Part shown: positions 22,341 through 32,901 of the stretch, piece by piece | How positions within the stretch are numbered: the stretch's first letter is position 1 | Layout: the number at the start of each line of letters is the position of its first letter | From: Pseudomonadota bacterium | Lineage (GTDB): Bacteria > Pseudomonadota > Alphaproteobacteria > Rhizobiales > CBDHHC01 | Assembly: GCA_039033475.1 (NCBI GenBank) | Contig: JBCCCO010000001.1 | Span: forward strand, 23,874 to 87,873 | Length of the DNA stretch: 64,000 nucleotides | Direction of reading: 5' to 3' | Notes under the pieces: model-generated | What the model was told of the DNA's origin: nothing | The model's input: the letters and a program-made list of their open reading frames with translations, nothing else | Databases searched by the model: none | Program-made: the position numbers and the translations under genes

Positions 22341-23783
22341 ATGGTTAAAGGTAATATACTCATCGCAGATGATGATACGGCGATACGAACTGTCCTCAAC
22401 CAAGCTATTGCCAGAGCTGGCTATACGCCAAGATCAACCGGGAATGCTGCAACATTATGGAAGTGGGTTTCTCAAGGTGAAGGGGACATGGTCATTACAG
22501 ATGTCGTCATGCCTGATGAAAATGCATTTGATCTATTGCCAAAGATGAAAAAGCTCAGGCCGGAACTTCCTATTGTTGTGATGAGCGCTCAGAATACGCT
22601 GATGACAGCAATTACTGCCACAGAGCGCGGTGCATATGAATACCTGCCCAAGCCTTTTGATTTGAACGAAGTTGTCTCTATTATTGGCCGCGCCTTATCC
22701 GAGCCGAAAAATGTTCGGACCAAAATTATGAATGAAAACGCTGATGGACTTCCACTTATTGGTCGCTCAGCTGCGATGCAAGATATTTATCGCGTGCTAG
22801 CACGTCTCATGCAAACAGACCTTACAGTCATGATTACAGGAGAATCAGGAACAGGGAAAGAGCTTGTTGCTAAAGCGCTTCATGATTATGGTAAGCGTAA
22901 GCATGGTCCATTTGTTGCGGTAAACATGGCTGCCATACCCCGTGAGCTAATTGAATCTGAATTGTTTGGTCATGAGAAAGGATCATTTACAGGTGCACAA
23001 CATAAGAGTGTCGGACGTTTCGAGCAAGCTGAAGGCGGCACCTTATTTTTAGATGAAATTGGTGATATGCCAATGGAAGCCCAAACACGTTTACTACGTG
23101 TTTTGCAAGAAGGGGAATATACAACCGTTGGTGGACGTGTCCCGATCCAAACAGATGTACGTATTATTGCGGCAACCAACCGTGATTTAATGCAGCACAT
23201 TAGACACGGTATGTTCCGCGAAGACTTGTACTACCGTTTGAATGTTGTGCCGCTCAATATGCCCCCTTTACGCGAACGTTTGGAAGATATCCCAGATCTG
23301 GTTCGGCACTTTATTTCTCAGGCAACTCAAGAAGGGCTTCAAGAAAAAAATTTAGATGCCTCTTGTTATGAGATCCTAAAATCGTATGCTTGGCAAGGCA
23401 ATGTTAGAGAGTTGGAGAATTTAGTTCGGCGTTTATGTGCAATTTATTCACATGATACCATTACGTCTGAGATTATTGAAAACGAGTTATCTGCAAATGA
23501 GATTCCTGTTCATCATGCCTCTCATAACGCGCAAGATTTAGATTTAAGTGATGCTGTAGAAGAATATTTAAATGGCTATTTTGCGAAGTATGGTTTTGAT
23601 TTACCGCCGAGCGGCCTCTATAACCGTATTTTGCGAAAAATAGAACAACCACTGATCTCACAAACACTGGCAGTAACCAGTGGCAACCAAATTAAAGCTG
23701 CGGAAGTTTTGGGACTCAACAGAAATACCTTGCGTAAGAAAATACGTGATCTTGAAATTCAAGTGATCCGCTCACCCAGATAG
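22341..23783 (+). CDS. ntrC: sigma-54-dependent response regulator NtrC
   Basis: It has a receiver domain, an AAA+ domain ([14 protein letters not shown]-like [16 protein letters not shown]) and a C-terminal Fis-type HTH. Confidence 0.92.
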   Translation: MVKGNILIADDDTAIRTVLNQAIARAGYTPRSTGNAATLWKWVSQGEGDMVITDVVMPDENAFDLLPKMKKLRPELPIVVMSAQNTLMTAITATERGAYEYLPKPFDLNEVVSIIGRALSEPKNVRTKIMNENADGLPLIGRSAAMQDIYRVLARLMQTDLTVMITGESGTGKELVAKALHDYGKRKHGPFVAVNMAAIPRELIESELFGHEKGSFTGAQHKSVGRFEQAEGGTLFLDEIGDMPMEAQTRLLRVLQEGEYTTVGGRVPIQTDVRIIAATNRDLMQHIRHGMFREDLYYRLNVVPLNMPPLRERLEDIPDLVRHFISQATQEGLQEKNLDASCYEILKSYAWQGNVRELENLVRRLCAIYSHDTITSEIIENELSANEIPVHHASHNAQDLDLSDAVEEYLNGYFAKYGFDLPPSGLYNRILRKIEQPLISQTLAVTSGNQIKAAEVLGLNRNTLRKKIRDLEIQVIRSPR

Positions 23784-24139
23784 ATTCCTGAAGTCATCAC
23801 TATCATTGCGAAATAGATGTAAATATATTTGGCATTTGGTAGACGAATTTTTATTACAGACAAGCAAAACTTGAAAAATTTTCTTATTTTCTGATTTTGC
23901 CACATTGCTGCCATTTTACAACAGTGTTATTGTCTTTAAGCAACATTATGGATAAAATCTCGCAATTTATTGTGCGCGAGCGACTTCAGAAACAGGCCTT
24001 AAGCATAATCTCAAATTTTGAAAAAAAGTGGTGAGAAAAATACATTACACTATGGCTTGATGTGCGTTTTTTAAGATAGAACTATTTTTTATAAATAATT
24101 TATCGTGTCTCTAAAGTGCAATCCGATACGACATACATA

Positions 24140-26539
24140 ATGAAAATAATGCAATATCAGAATTTTTTAGAAACCTTTCAGTTGAAGAAAAAACGCATTG
24201 GTTTTTTTCTGGGTTGGATGACTGTTGTATCCGCCGTTATAGCGTCCTTTGTAACTTATTTTATTCTCACAGGTCTAACATCAATTCGCCCGACGCATAG
24301 CGTTGTTATTACATGCTTATTGATAAATTCCATTTTGATTATTGCAATGATATGCATCATTGGGTTCAAGGTTTTTCAACTTTGGACATCGCGCCTGCGA
24401 GAAAACTCTGGAGCAAAATTACACATACGCATTGTGACACTTTTTAGTGTTATGATTGCAATCCCTGCTATCGTGCTTGCAACATTTGCGAATATCTCAC
24501 TTGATCGAGGATTGGATCACGGTTTTTCATCTCGAACAAAATCCATTGTTCAGAACTCTATTAATGTGGCGAAAGGTTTTATACGCGAGCATAGCAAAGT
24601 TGTTGCAGAACATGTCAAACTCATGGCCAGTGATTTGAACAATGCTGTTGATCTTGCAAAAGACAGCCCTGAGAAATATAAAAAATTTCTTGAGACGCAA
24701 GCTTACCTAAGAAACTTTCCTTTGTTATTTATCATTAATGATAAAGGAGAAATACTAAGTACAGGAGCAAATCGGCGTAAAGATCTTTTTTTACCGCCGC
24801 TTAAACGAGATTTAGAAGATGCAAAAGATGGCAAGACATTGGTGATTTCTCCGCGAAGTAAACCAATGATTAGAGCAATTAAGAAACTTGATGCTTATCA
24901 GAATGCTTATCTTTATGTCACTTATCCTCTTGATCCAAAAATATTAAGGTATTTGCGAGGCGCTTATACCAGCGTTGCGGAATATCGAGCGTTGCAAGAA
25001 AAAAGATCAAGTATTCAATTTGCAATGTTTTTTATGTATAGCACAATCGCGCTCACGCTTCTGCTGGCAGCGATTTGGACAGGGATATGGTTTGCCAACC
25101 GCCTTGTAAGACCAATTAGTGCACTTATCGATGCTGCGCAGTCTGTCTCGAAAGGAGACCTTGATGTTCAGGTTAAGGTGAAAGAGCGTGATGGTGATTT
25201 GGCAACGCTTAATAAAACCTTTAACAATATGACATTGGAATTGCGCTCACAACGTGATGCGCTTATGGATACCAATCTTGTATTGGATGACCGTCGCCGT
25301 TTTATGGAAACAGTGTTGTCAGGTGTAAGCGCTGGGGTTATTGGTATAAACGCAGATGGAATGATTACTTTAGCCAATGCATCTGCAATTAGCCTATTAG
25401 ATATCGATCTTGAGAGTTTGATCGGTTCACCTTTAAAGCAAAAGTTGCCAAGTTTTTCTGAAGTTTTTGATAAAGCACAGCATGACGTTCATAAAAATCG
25501 AACAGAACAGCAGGTTGACATTTTAATGAACGGTCAAGAGCGGCACTTTGCTGTAAGAGTGACCCGTGAAGGAGCTGCAAATAAGGATTGCGGTTTTGTG
25601 ATTACATTTGATGATATTACAGAACTTGTTACAGCTCAGCGCAATATGGCTTGGGCAGATATTGCAAGACGAATTGCTCATGAAATTAAAAATCCTTTGA
25701 CGCCAATCCAATTATCAGCCGAGCGGATACGAAGAAAATATAGCAGTCAAATCGAAACAGATAAGGAAATCTTTAACCAATGCACCGATACTATCATTCG
25801 TCAGGTTGGTGATATTGGACGTATGGTTGATGAGTTTTCGTCTTTTGCTCGGATGCCTCAGCCCGTCATGACACCGTATGATATCCGCAATGTTATTCGC
25901 GATGCGTTCTTTTTGTTTCGTACCAGTCACCCTGAGATAGAGTTCAAGTTAGATAATCCGAAAGAGCCGATTATTAGCCTCTGCGACCAACGCTTGCTCT
26001 CGCAGGTGATGACCAACCTTGTTAAAAATGCAAGTGAGGCTATTGAAGCGGCAAAGCATGTGCATGATCAAAATAAAACACAGGGTAAGACGACATCTTA
26101 CAAGGGACTTATTGCGGTCCGGATTCAGCTGAAAGATACGGAACATTATCTTATTGAAGTGATCGATAACGGTTGTGGGCTACCGAAAACAAAAAGAAAT
26201 AAATTGCTGGAGCCTTATATGACGACACGTGAAAAAGGAACAGGACTAGGCCTTGCAATCGTAAAGAAAATTACAGAACAACATGGTGGGACATTGCAAT
26301 TAAGAGATGCACCAAAAGATGAAGAAAGTGCTTATGATAATGACTTGCAAGGACGCGGGGCATGTATTCGCCTCACATTTCCGGTTATCAATGCTTCAGC
26401 AGATGACATGAAAAATGACAAAAAAATAGCTGAAAACATAAACTCGGATGGAGATGGTAAGGTTCAGCAAAATAATGAAACACAACAACATCAAAAAGAA
26501 CACAATAATGCTTTAACAGCTAATACAGTAACAGCTTAA
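24140..26539 (+). CDS. ntrY: sensor histidine kinase NtrY
   Basis: It has N-terminal TM helices, HAMP and PAS regions, the H-box IAHEIKNPLTPIQLSAERI and an ATPase domain. The start is probably ATG 24140. Confidence 0.88.
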   Translation: MKIMQYQNFLETFQLKKKRIGFFLGWMTVVSAVIASFVTYFILTGLTSIRPTHSVVITCLLINSILIIAMICIIGFKVFQLWTSRLRENSGAKLHIRIVTLFSVMIAIPAIVLATFANISLDRGLDHGFSSRTKSIVQNSINVAKGFIREHSKVVAEHVKLMASDLNNAVDLAKDSPEKYKKFLETQAYLRNFPLLFIINDKGEILSTGANRRKDLFLPPLKRDLEDAKDGKTLVISPRSKPMIRAIKKLDAYQNAYLYVTYPLDPKILRYLRGAYTSVAEYRALQEKRSSIQFAMFFMYSTIALTLLLAAIWTGIWFANRLVRPISALIDAAQSVSKGDLDVQVKVKERDGDLATLNKTFNNMTLELRSQRDALMDTNLVLDDRRRFMETVLSGVSAGVIGINADGMITLANASAISLLDIDLESLIGSPLKQKLPSFSEVFDKAQHDVHKNRTEQQVDILMNGQERHFAVRVTREGAANKDCGFVITFDDITELVTAQRNMAWADIARRIAHEIKNPLTPIQLSAERIRRKYSSQIETDKEIFNQCTDTIIRQVGDIGRMVDEFSSFARMPQPVMTPYDIRNVIRDAFFLFRTSHPEIEFKLDNPKEPIISLCDQRLLSQVMTNLVKNASEAIEAAKHVHDQNKTQGKTTSYKGLIAVRIQLKDTEHYLIEVIDNGCGLPKTKRNKLLEPYMTTREKGTGLGLAIVKKITEQHGGTLQLRDAPKDEESAYDNDLQGRGACIRLTFPVINASADDMKNDKKIAENINSDGDGKVQQNNETQQHQKEHNNALTANTVTA

Positions 26540-26655
26540 TTAAGACATGCCTGATTAAATTGCGGGCCTGAAAATATGCACCAAATTTAAGTAAATAAGA
26601 ATTATGAAACGCTCTATACCTAATACCTACAAAAACAAACAACAGGGGATAATCA

Positions 26656-28101
26656 ATGGCATCTGATATTTTAGTTGTAGATGATGAAGTCGATATCCGC
26701 GAATTAATTGCTGGTATCCTGAATGATGAAGGCTTTGCAACACGGCTCGCACGCAACAGCGATGAAACTCTTGCAGCCATTGAAGAGCGCAGGCCATCAT
26801 TGGTTATTCTTGATATCTGGTTGCAAGGTAGCCGTTTGGATGGATTGGATGTGCTCTTAAAGATAAAGGAAATTCATCCAGAACTTCCGGTTATTATTAT
26901 GAGTGGTCATGGAAACATCGAAACCGCAGTAACTGCAATCAAACGCGGGGCTTATGATTATATTGAAAAACCATTTAAGTCTGATCGGATTATTCTTGTT
27001 GTAAACCGAGCGCTTGAGGCATCAAAATTAAAGCGTGAAATTAAGCAGTTAAAAGAGCGCGGTGTGCAAAGCACGAAGATGATCGGCGAATCAACTGTTA
27101 TGAATCAGCTTCGTATTTCGATTGAAAAGGTTGCGCCTACCAATAGCCGGATCATGATTACAGGTCCATCTGGGACTGGTAAAGAACTTGCAGCGCGTTA
27201 TCTCCATGATATCTCTCATCGTTCTAAGGGGCCCTTTGTTGTTTTAAATGCAGCAGCTATGGTGCCCGAGCGGGTAGAGGTGGAACTTTTTGGCGTTGAG
27301 CAAACACCAACAACGCCAGGTAAGGTCGGTGCTCTTGAAGAAGCGCATATGGGAACGTTATACATCGATGAAGTTGCGGACATGCCGCTTGAGACGCAAA
27401 GTAAAGTGTTGAGAGTGCTTGTGGAGCAAAGGTTCTTGCGTTTGGGAGGCAACAAAAAAGTCAAAGTCGATGTTAGGATTATATCCTCAACATCACGAAA
27501 TCTACAGCAAGATATGGAATCCGGGCGTTTTCGTGAAGATCTCTATCATCGTTTGAATGTTGTGCCTTTGAAAGTGCCTCCTCTTAATGTCAGACGAGAT
27601 GATATTCCAGAATTGATATCTTACTTCATCAATCAGATTGCATCATCATCAGGATTGCCGCCACGTACTATTGGTCCAGATGCTATTGCCATTTTGCAGT
27701 CCAATGACTGGCCGGGCAATATTCGTCAATTGCGCAATAATATTGAGCGCTTGATGATATTGACGGAAGGAGATTCTGATACTGTAATTACAGCTGAAAT
27801 GCTGCCTGAAGAGGTTGGTAGTTCGGTTCCGTTGTCATCAAATACCGCGAGCAGTGAGCGCCTTATGTCTTTACCGCTACGTGAGGCCCGTGAAATTTTT
27901 GAACGTGAATATCTGATGGCGCAAATCAATCGTTTTGGTGGCAATATTTCAAAAACGGCTGAATTTGTTGGTATGGAGCGATCTGCATTACACCGCAAAC
28001 TTCGTGCTTTGGGGGTAAACTCATCAGAGCGTAGTGCTCATGCCGAGAATTCACATGGTCATGCGGAAAGTGGCAAAGAACGGCACCGCGTCGCATCATA
28101 A
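26656..28101 (+). CDS. ntrX: response regulator NtrX (AAA+ / Fis HTH)
   Basis: It has a receiver domain (ILVVDDE...DIWL), the Walker A motif GPSGTGKE and a C-terminal HTH. It is paired with ntrY. Confidence 0.9.
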   Translation: MASDILVVDDEVDIRELIAGILNDEGFATRLARNSDETLAAIEERRPSLVILDIWLQGSRLDGLDVLLKIKEIHPELPVIIMSGHGNIETAVTAIKRGAYDYIEKPFKSDRIILVVNRALEASKLKREIKQLKERGVQSTKMIGESTVMNQLRISIEKVAPTNSRIMITGPSGTGKELAARYLHDISHRSKGPFVVLNAAAMVPERVEVELFGVEQTPTTPGKVGALEEAHMGTLYIDEVADMPLETQSKVLRVLVEQRFLRLGGNKKVKVDVRIISSTSRNLQQDMESGRFREDLYHRLNVVPLKVPPLNVRRDDIPELISYFINQIASSSGLPPRTIGPDAIAILQSNDWPGNIRQLRNNIERLMILTEGDSDTVITAEMLPEEVGSSVPLSSNTASSERLMSLPLREAREIFEREYLMAQINRFGGNISKTAEFVGMERSALHRKLRALGVNSSERSAHAENSHGHAESGKERHRVAS

Positions 28102-28159
28102 AATTAATATCGTCTTTAAGGTCTATTGATGCATTTTATATAGAATGCGTTCATAAAGG

Positions 28160-28264
28160 TTTAGAGCCTGCAAAATGGATTTATCTAAAAGTGACATGCT
28201 CTAAATATTTATGGGCGAGCAATTTTTGCACTTTTAGGTAATAAATCCACTTGAAAGTGGGTTG
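28160..28264 (+). repeat. ~105 bp dispersed 5'-region repeat, trkA copy
   Basis: It aligns by eye with 51251-51353. The core gctctaaatatttatgggcgagcaatttttgcactttt matches gctctagatctttatgagcgagcaatttttctacttta, and the downstream acttgaaa block also matches. Confidence 0.6.
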
Positions 28265-28285
28265 TTCTAGTAGGACAAGAAGACC

Positions 28286-29662
28286 ATGAAAATTCTAATT
28301 TGCGGGGCAGGTCAAGTTGGTTTTGGTATCGCAGAGCGTCTTGCTGCCGAGGATAATGATGTTTGCGTCATTGATAGCAAGCCAGAATTGGTTCAACGCG
28401 TCTCGGATTTGTTGGATGTTCGTGGCTTTATTGGACATGGCTCTCACCCTGAAATACTCGAAGAAGCAGGCGCTGGTGATGCGGAAATGATTATTGCAGT
28501 CACCTTTTCTGACGAAGTCAACATGATGGCGTGTCAGGTGGCCAATGCTTTATTTGAAATCCCTACAAAAATTGCACGGATTCGGTCACAAAGTTACTTG
28601 GACCCAAAATGTCATGAGCTTTTTACACGCGCGCATTTGCCAATTGATGTAATTATTTCTCCTGAAATTGAGGTTGGGCATGTGGTTTTGCGCAGTATTA
28701 ATTTGCCAGGCGCCTTTGAAAGTGCGCATTTTGGTGATGGCGATATTACTGCGATAGGCGTAACGTGTAATGAAGACTGCCCTATCTTAGATACGCCGCT
28801 CAAGCAACTCACTGAATTGTTTCCAGATTTACCAGCTGTTGTTGTTGCGATTGTACGCGATGGTGCCCTTTTTGTGCCCCGCAGTAATGATCGTTTGATT
28901 GTTGGAGATGATGCGTATCTCATCGTACAAAGCGCTCATATTAGTCGAACACTGAATATTTTCGGCCATTATGAAAGTGAAACGCGACGCGTGATTATTG
29001 CAGGTGGTGGAAATATTGGTGTATCCGTGGCTCAGCAAATCGAAAAAAATCACCCTCATGTGCGTGTTAAGATTTTGGAAACCAATAGAAGCAAGGCTGA
29101 AAATATTGTCGAAGAACTACGCCGCACTGTCGTTTTAAACGGCAGCGCTTTAGATGAAGAAATTTTGCGCGAGGCAGATGTTGCAAATGCAGATCTTATG
29201 GTTGCTTTAACAAATGATGATCAAGCTAATATTTTATCAAGTGTGCTTGCCAAGCGGTTAGGGTGTGACCGGAATTTATGCTTGATCAATAACCCCGGTT
29301 ATATGACCATTAGCAGATCTTTAGGGATTGATACCCATGTGAATCCGCGCAGTATAACGGTTTCACAAATTTTGCAGCATGTCCGCAGAGGGCGTATCCG
29401 TTCGGTGCATTCTGTGCACAATGGTGCTGGTGAGATTATTGAGGCAGAAGCGCTGGAAACATCGCCAATGGTTGGTCAGGCATTAAAAGATCTGGATCTA
29501 CCCGATGGTGTACGTGTTGGAGCGATTTTACGCAAAAACAAGGTCCTTGTGCCGACCAGCTCAACGCATATTCATGCAAATGATCGTGTTGTTATATTTG
29601 CAACCGCGGAATATGTACAGCACGTTGAGCAGAAGTTCCGCGTGAGTCTGGAGTATTTTTAG
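28286..29662 (+). CDS. trkA: Trk potassium uptake system NAD-binding protein TrkA
   Basis: It has duplicated RCK/TrkA-N domains (ILICGAGQVGFGIA and IIAGGGNIGVSVA). Confidence 0.92.
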   Translation: MKILICGAGQVGFGIAERLAAEDNDVCVIDSKPELVQRVSDLLDVRGFIGHGSHPEILEEAGAGDAEMIIAVTFSDEVNMMACQVANALFEIPTKIARIRSQSYLDPKCHELFTRAHLPIDVIISPEIEVGHVVLRSINLPGAFESAHFGDGDITAIGVTCNEDCPILDTPLKQLTELFPDLPAVVVAIVRDGALFVPRSNDRLIVGDDAYLIVQSAHISRTLNIFGHYESETRRVIIAGGGNIGVSVAQQIEKNHPHVRVKILETNRSKAENIVEELRRTVVLNGSALDEEILREADVANADLMVALTNDDQANILSSVLAKRLGCDRNLCLINNPGYMTISRSLGIDTHVNPRSITVSQILQHVRRGRIRSVHSVHNGAGEIIEAEALETSPMVGQALKDLDLPDGVRVGAILRKNKVLVPTSSTHIHANDRVVIFATAEYVQHVEQKFRVSLEYF

Positions 29663-29858
29663 ATTATAAGGTGTATTAGTCGAAGTTTAATCTGACAGAT
29701 TTGGTGCGTTGGGTTAGGGAAACGTGCGCTATAAAATGACCTATCAGTTTTAGGAGGCCTGCAAAAAGCACCTTCAATATAAAGCCATATCACTGTTGTA
29801 ATACTTGGAACAAACGGTTTCCCCGAAACAACAGGCTGTAACAGTTTAAGCTAAATAT

Positions 29859-31100
29859 TCACGATGAGGGAATGTTTAATTTTTCCGTCAACTTTTCAAA
29901 CTCTCGGCGTAATTGGTCATTTTGAAAGATCTGGTCAAAGCCGGGGGCTTCCAGCCGTTCAATAGCGCGAAAAGATGATTTCGATTCTTCAATAAGCGTA
30001 TGCAATTGAAAGCTGGCTTCAACGGTTTCGTATGTGTTATCGGCGATAGAGAGATCACGTAATGTACGTCGTCTGCTTTTGAGAATTTGATTGCGCTGCG
30101 TGCGGAGATAATCACGATAAAAGCTGGCGACTTTTTCTGAAAAAGCTTGTGATTTACGATTTGCGAGCAGTATACGTCTTTGGTCGGGACGATTTTTCTG
30201 ACGTAAAAGTTTTGTTGTTTTTCGTTTGGCCGTGCGAATGTTACTAATAATTTGGTTGAGTTTTTTCAAATAGACTGTATCAATTTTTGCAACAAGTTCA
30301 TTTTGAGCATGGAGCAGCATGGCAAACAAAGCAGCATGCATTGCAAAATAACGCCGGGCAGATTTTAAACTTTCATTATTCTGTGCCATAAGTTTGCCAA
30401 GGCGTGTATCAATGACCTTGGCCGCATCAAAGGCAGCAACAAGCTTAACAATATCATTGCCCAAAACGCTACCAAGCAGTAAATCAAGCTGTTCTGGCGA
30501 TATATCAATATTCTTTGACTGGAAGTCCAGCATAATTTTTGCTTTAATGTCAGAAATAACCTCTTGGTTTCCTTCTATGCGAGTGTTCAACTCCTTAATA
30601 TTCTCATCAATGGACGAAACTGTTTCTGTAAGAAGGGAGGGTAACAAACTATCCTTTGGAGCATCAAGCCGGCGTTCTTGCAAAGTGGTAATTTGATCTT
30701 TCAATTTTACGATCGTTGCCTGGCGTTTCTTAAGTTGTGTCTGATATTCAGTTATTGGACTGTCAGTCACGATTTCGAGAGCTGAATCCATAAGCTCTCG
30801 AATAATAGTTTCTCGATCTTCTCGTGTTTCTGCCCAAGGTGGAACCGCCACAAAAAAATCACTGCGGCGGGGGAGGTTTTGAGCACCATTTCGGTAGCGC
30901 GCGGTTTGTTGTAGCAATGCGTCAATGCCATCAAGTAATTTTTTAGCGCGTTTGTCTATTTGCTCTGTTTTGATATTATCTTGCTGGGAAGGCGCTAAAA
31001 TGTTGTTTTTTTTGTTCTCTGCATATGTTGAATTTACACTTGAATAAACTAGGCTTGCAATAACAGAGATGACCGTAATGAGGGACGAGAATTTTGGCAT
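29859..31100 (-). CDS. exported coiled-coil protein, function unknown
   Basis: ATG 31100 gives the signal-peptide-like MPKFSSLITVISVIASLVYSSVNSTYA. The rest is highly charged and helical, and I recognise no family motif. It is co-oriented with the two upstream vWA genes. Confidence 0.55.
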   Translation of the reverse strand: MPKFSSLITVISVIASLVYSSVNSTYAENKKNNILAPSQQDNIKTEQIDKRAKKLLDGIDALLQQTARYRNGAQNLPRRSDFFVAVPPWAETREDRETIIRELMDSALEIVTDSPITEYQTQLKKRQATIVKLKDQITTLQERRLDAPKDSLLPSLLTETVSSIDENIKELNTRIEGNQEVISDIKAKIMLDFQSKNIDISPEQLDLLLGSVLGNDIVKLVAAFDAAKVIDTRLGKLMAQNNESLKSARRYFAMHAALFAMLLHAQNELVAKIDTVYLKKLNQIISNIRTAKRKTTKLLRQKNRPDQRRILLANRKSQAFSEKVASFYRDYLRTQRNQILKSRRRTLRDLSIADNTYETVEASFQLHTLIEESKSSFRAIERLEAPGFDQIFQNDQLRREFEKLTEKLNIPSS

Positions 31101-31282
31101 GTGCTCAGGCTTTGCTGGTATTTTAAAGTGTGTTAAACGCATGTAGTTTTTATGCAGTAGTAACATAAAGCTCTAGAAATTAATATGTGGGATAGATATG
31201 GTTGCTTAAGCCACGAATACAATGTGCATTATGTTTTTTCCATAAAAATGCAGAGAGTTTGACTTCAATCTATAGAGTGTTG

Positions 31283-32836
31283 TTATTGTATAACAATTTC
31301 GATCTCTCGTGTGTCGCCAGGTTTTACTTCAAATTCACGTTTGAAGATTTGGCCAGACCGTCTTGCCATGATGGTATAATTTCCTGCGGCTAAAATATGC
31401 GTTGGCAGGGCACCAGCGCTTTCCTTAACCACTTCTCCTTGAGGTGTTATGACACTCCAGCGAATATTGGCTAATGCCTCCCCACCACTTTGCCGTACAA
31501 GCTTAAAGCTCACTTTGGCTGCGGTATGATTGATGGTTGCTTCGGTAAGTTTGCCTGGTTCAATTGTGACATCCGCGCTGACAGTTGCATTTGCATCACC
31601 ATACTGGCTTACAATGTGATAAAGCCCGGCATTTAATCGAATGATTAGTCCAGGCTTTGCATTGCTAATAATTTTTGAACGGTTGCCAAACTGATCTCGT
31701 TCATCTGAATAAACTGTATATTGCACGGAATTTTTGGAAACTTTTTTGCCATTTGCAAGCACAGAACCAAGGCGCAAGCCACCAACATTCAAGACAAAAA
31801 CTTCGCTCATGGGCTCACCTTTTTTGATCTCAATTTTTTTGGTGAGATGTGAACGTCCATAAGCGGCATTGACCAGATAACTTCCAGGCTTTAAGGCAGC
31901 TGTAGGCCTGGCTTGGCGGTGGGTGCTAATTAGTTTGAACTTGCTTTTCTTGCGGGCTTTTGCATCAAATATACGCCAAACAATATCAGATTTTACAGGC
32001 AATCCGCCTTCTTTAATGAGCGCTAAAAATGTAATAGGAACAAGGTCATTTGCGCTTTGGCCAATGATACCTTCAGCTTGAGAAGGGTTTGTGATTTGTC
32101 CTGTAGGTTGCGTGCGCAAATCCGTATGCGCTTGCGTGTTATCTGAGCCTTGTTTTGTTGCCCAGGTGTTTGACGATGTCAAAGTTAAAGAAGAATCAAA
32201 AGCGTTTGAAAGTGCCAATTTTAGGTTGGCTTCTCCAGTTGCGGAGGCAAATATGCTACCAGTATTTTTCGCAATGCACTGTAATGCTGTTAATTGCGTT
32301 TTTTTCTTACGATCAAACGCAATAACATGAATTTTAAGCTGTTTATCTTTTTGCTTGAGAGATTGACTAACTTTGCATGGGTCATTTTGACAATTTTCGA
32401 GCCCATCACTAATTAAAATAATGCTTTTAGGGGAATTGTATTTTCTAAGTTTTTGGGCAGCAAACCTTAAGGATGCTGCAATAGGCGTTTTGCCTTTAGG
32501 TTGTATGCGCGAGATTGAATCAGCAAAAGTTGGGCCGTCAAGTTGTTTAATTGATTGAATTTGTCCAATATCTTGACAACTGTCGGATTTGCGGTGGCCA
32601 TAAGCAACAATACCTAAATTAAGACGCCCGTTATAGCGTAAAAAATTATCTGTAAGAGCATTGCGTAATATTGTAATTTTGTCGACGCGATCAATTTTCC
32701 CCCACATACTGCGAGAACCATCGACAATCAAAACACTGGTTGGACGTTCATTAGCCTCTACTTCGTCGCTCGCAATAGACGTAAAAACATTTAATAATAC
32801 AATCAAAATGAAGGGAATATAGCGTGTTTTGCTCAT
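31283..32836 (-). CDS. exported von Willebrand factor A (vWA/MIDAS) protein with three C-terminal ~75 aa repeat modules
   Basis: It has a signal peptide, the MIDAS motif DGSRS plus downstream T and D (ILISDG), and conserved Cys pairs (ENCQNDPC). Repeat modules lie at about aa 284-357, 370-446 and 457-516. Confidence 0.8.
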   Translation of the reverse strand: MSKTRYIPFILIVLLNVFTSIASDEVEANERPTSVLIVDGSRSMWGKIDRVDKITILRNALTDNFLRYNGRLNLGIVAYGHRKSDSCQDIGQIQSIKQLDGPTFADSISRIQPKGKTPIAASLRFAAQKLRKYNSPKSIILISDGLENCQNDPCKVSQSLKQKDKQLKIHVIAFDRKKKTQLTALQCIAKNTGSIFASATGEANLKLALSNAFDSSLTLTSSNTWATKQGSDNTQAHTDLRTQPTGQITNPSQAEGIIGQSANDLVPITFLALIKEGGLPVKSDIVWRIFDAKARKKSKFKLISTHRQARPTAALKPGSYLVNAAYGRSHLTKKIEIKKGEPMSEVFVLNVGGLRLGSVLANGKKVSKNSVQYTVYSDERDQFGNRSKIISNAKPGLIIRLNAGLYHIVSQYGDANATVSADVTIEPGKLTEATINHTAAKVSFKLVRQSGGEALANIRWSVITPQGEVVKESAGALPTHILAAGNYTIMARRSGQIFKREFEVKPGDTREIEIVIQ

Positions 32837-32901
32837 GAGTATTTGGTATGCTTTTGTAACAATAGTATCGTCAGGCCCTTACTTATATTATCGTTATTTT
32901 A

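Noticed and set aside
23784-24115. A possible sigma-54 promoter (ttggcatttggtagac) and a 27-codon ORF (23948-24031) in the ntrC-ntrY spacer
   Set aside because: The -24-like TGGCA is not followed by a -12 GC element at the correct spacing. The mini-ORF has no RBS or recognisable features.
29859-31100. The idea that the coiled-coil protein is TelA-like (toxic anion resistance), given known TelA/vWA (TerY) associations
   Set aside because: It lacks the conserved TelA C-terminal motif (PQIRLIQ...IPLWK-like). It also has a signal peptide, which the cytoplasmic TelA protein lacks.
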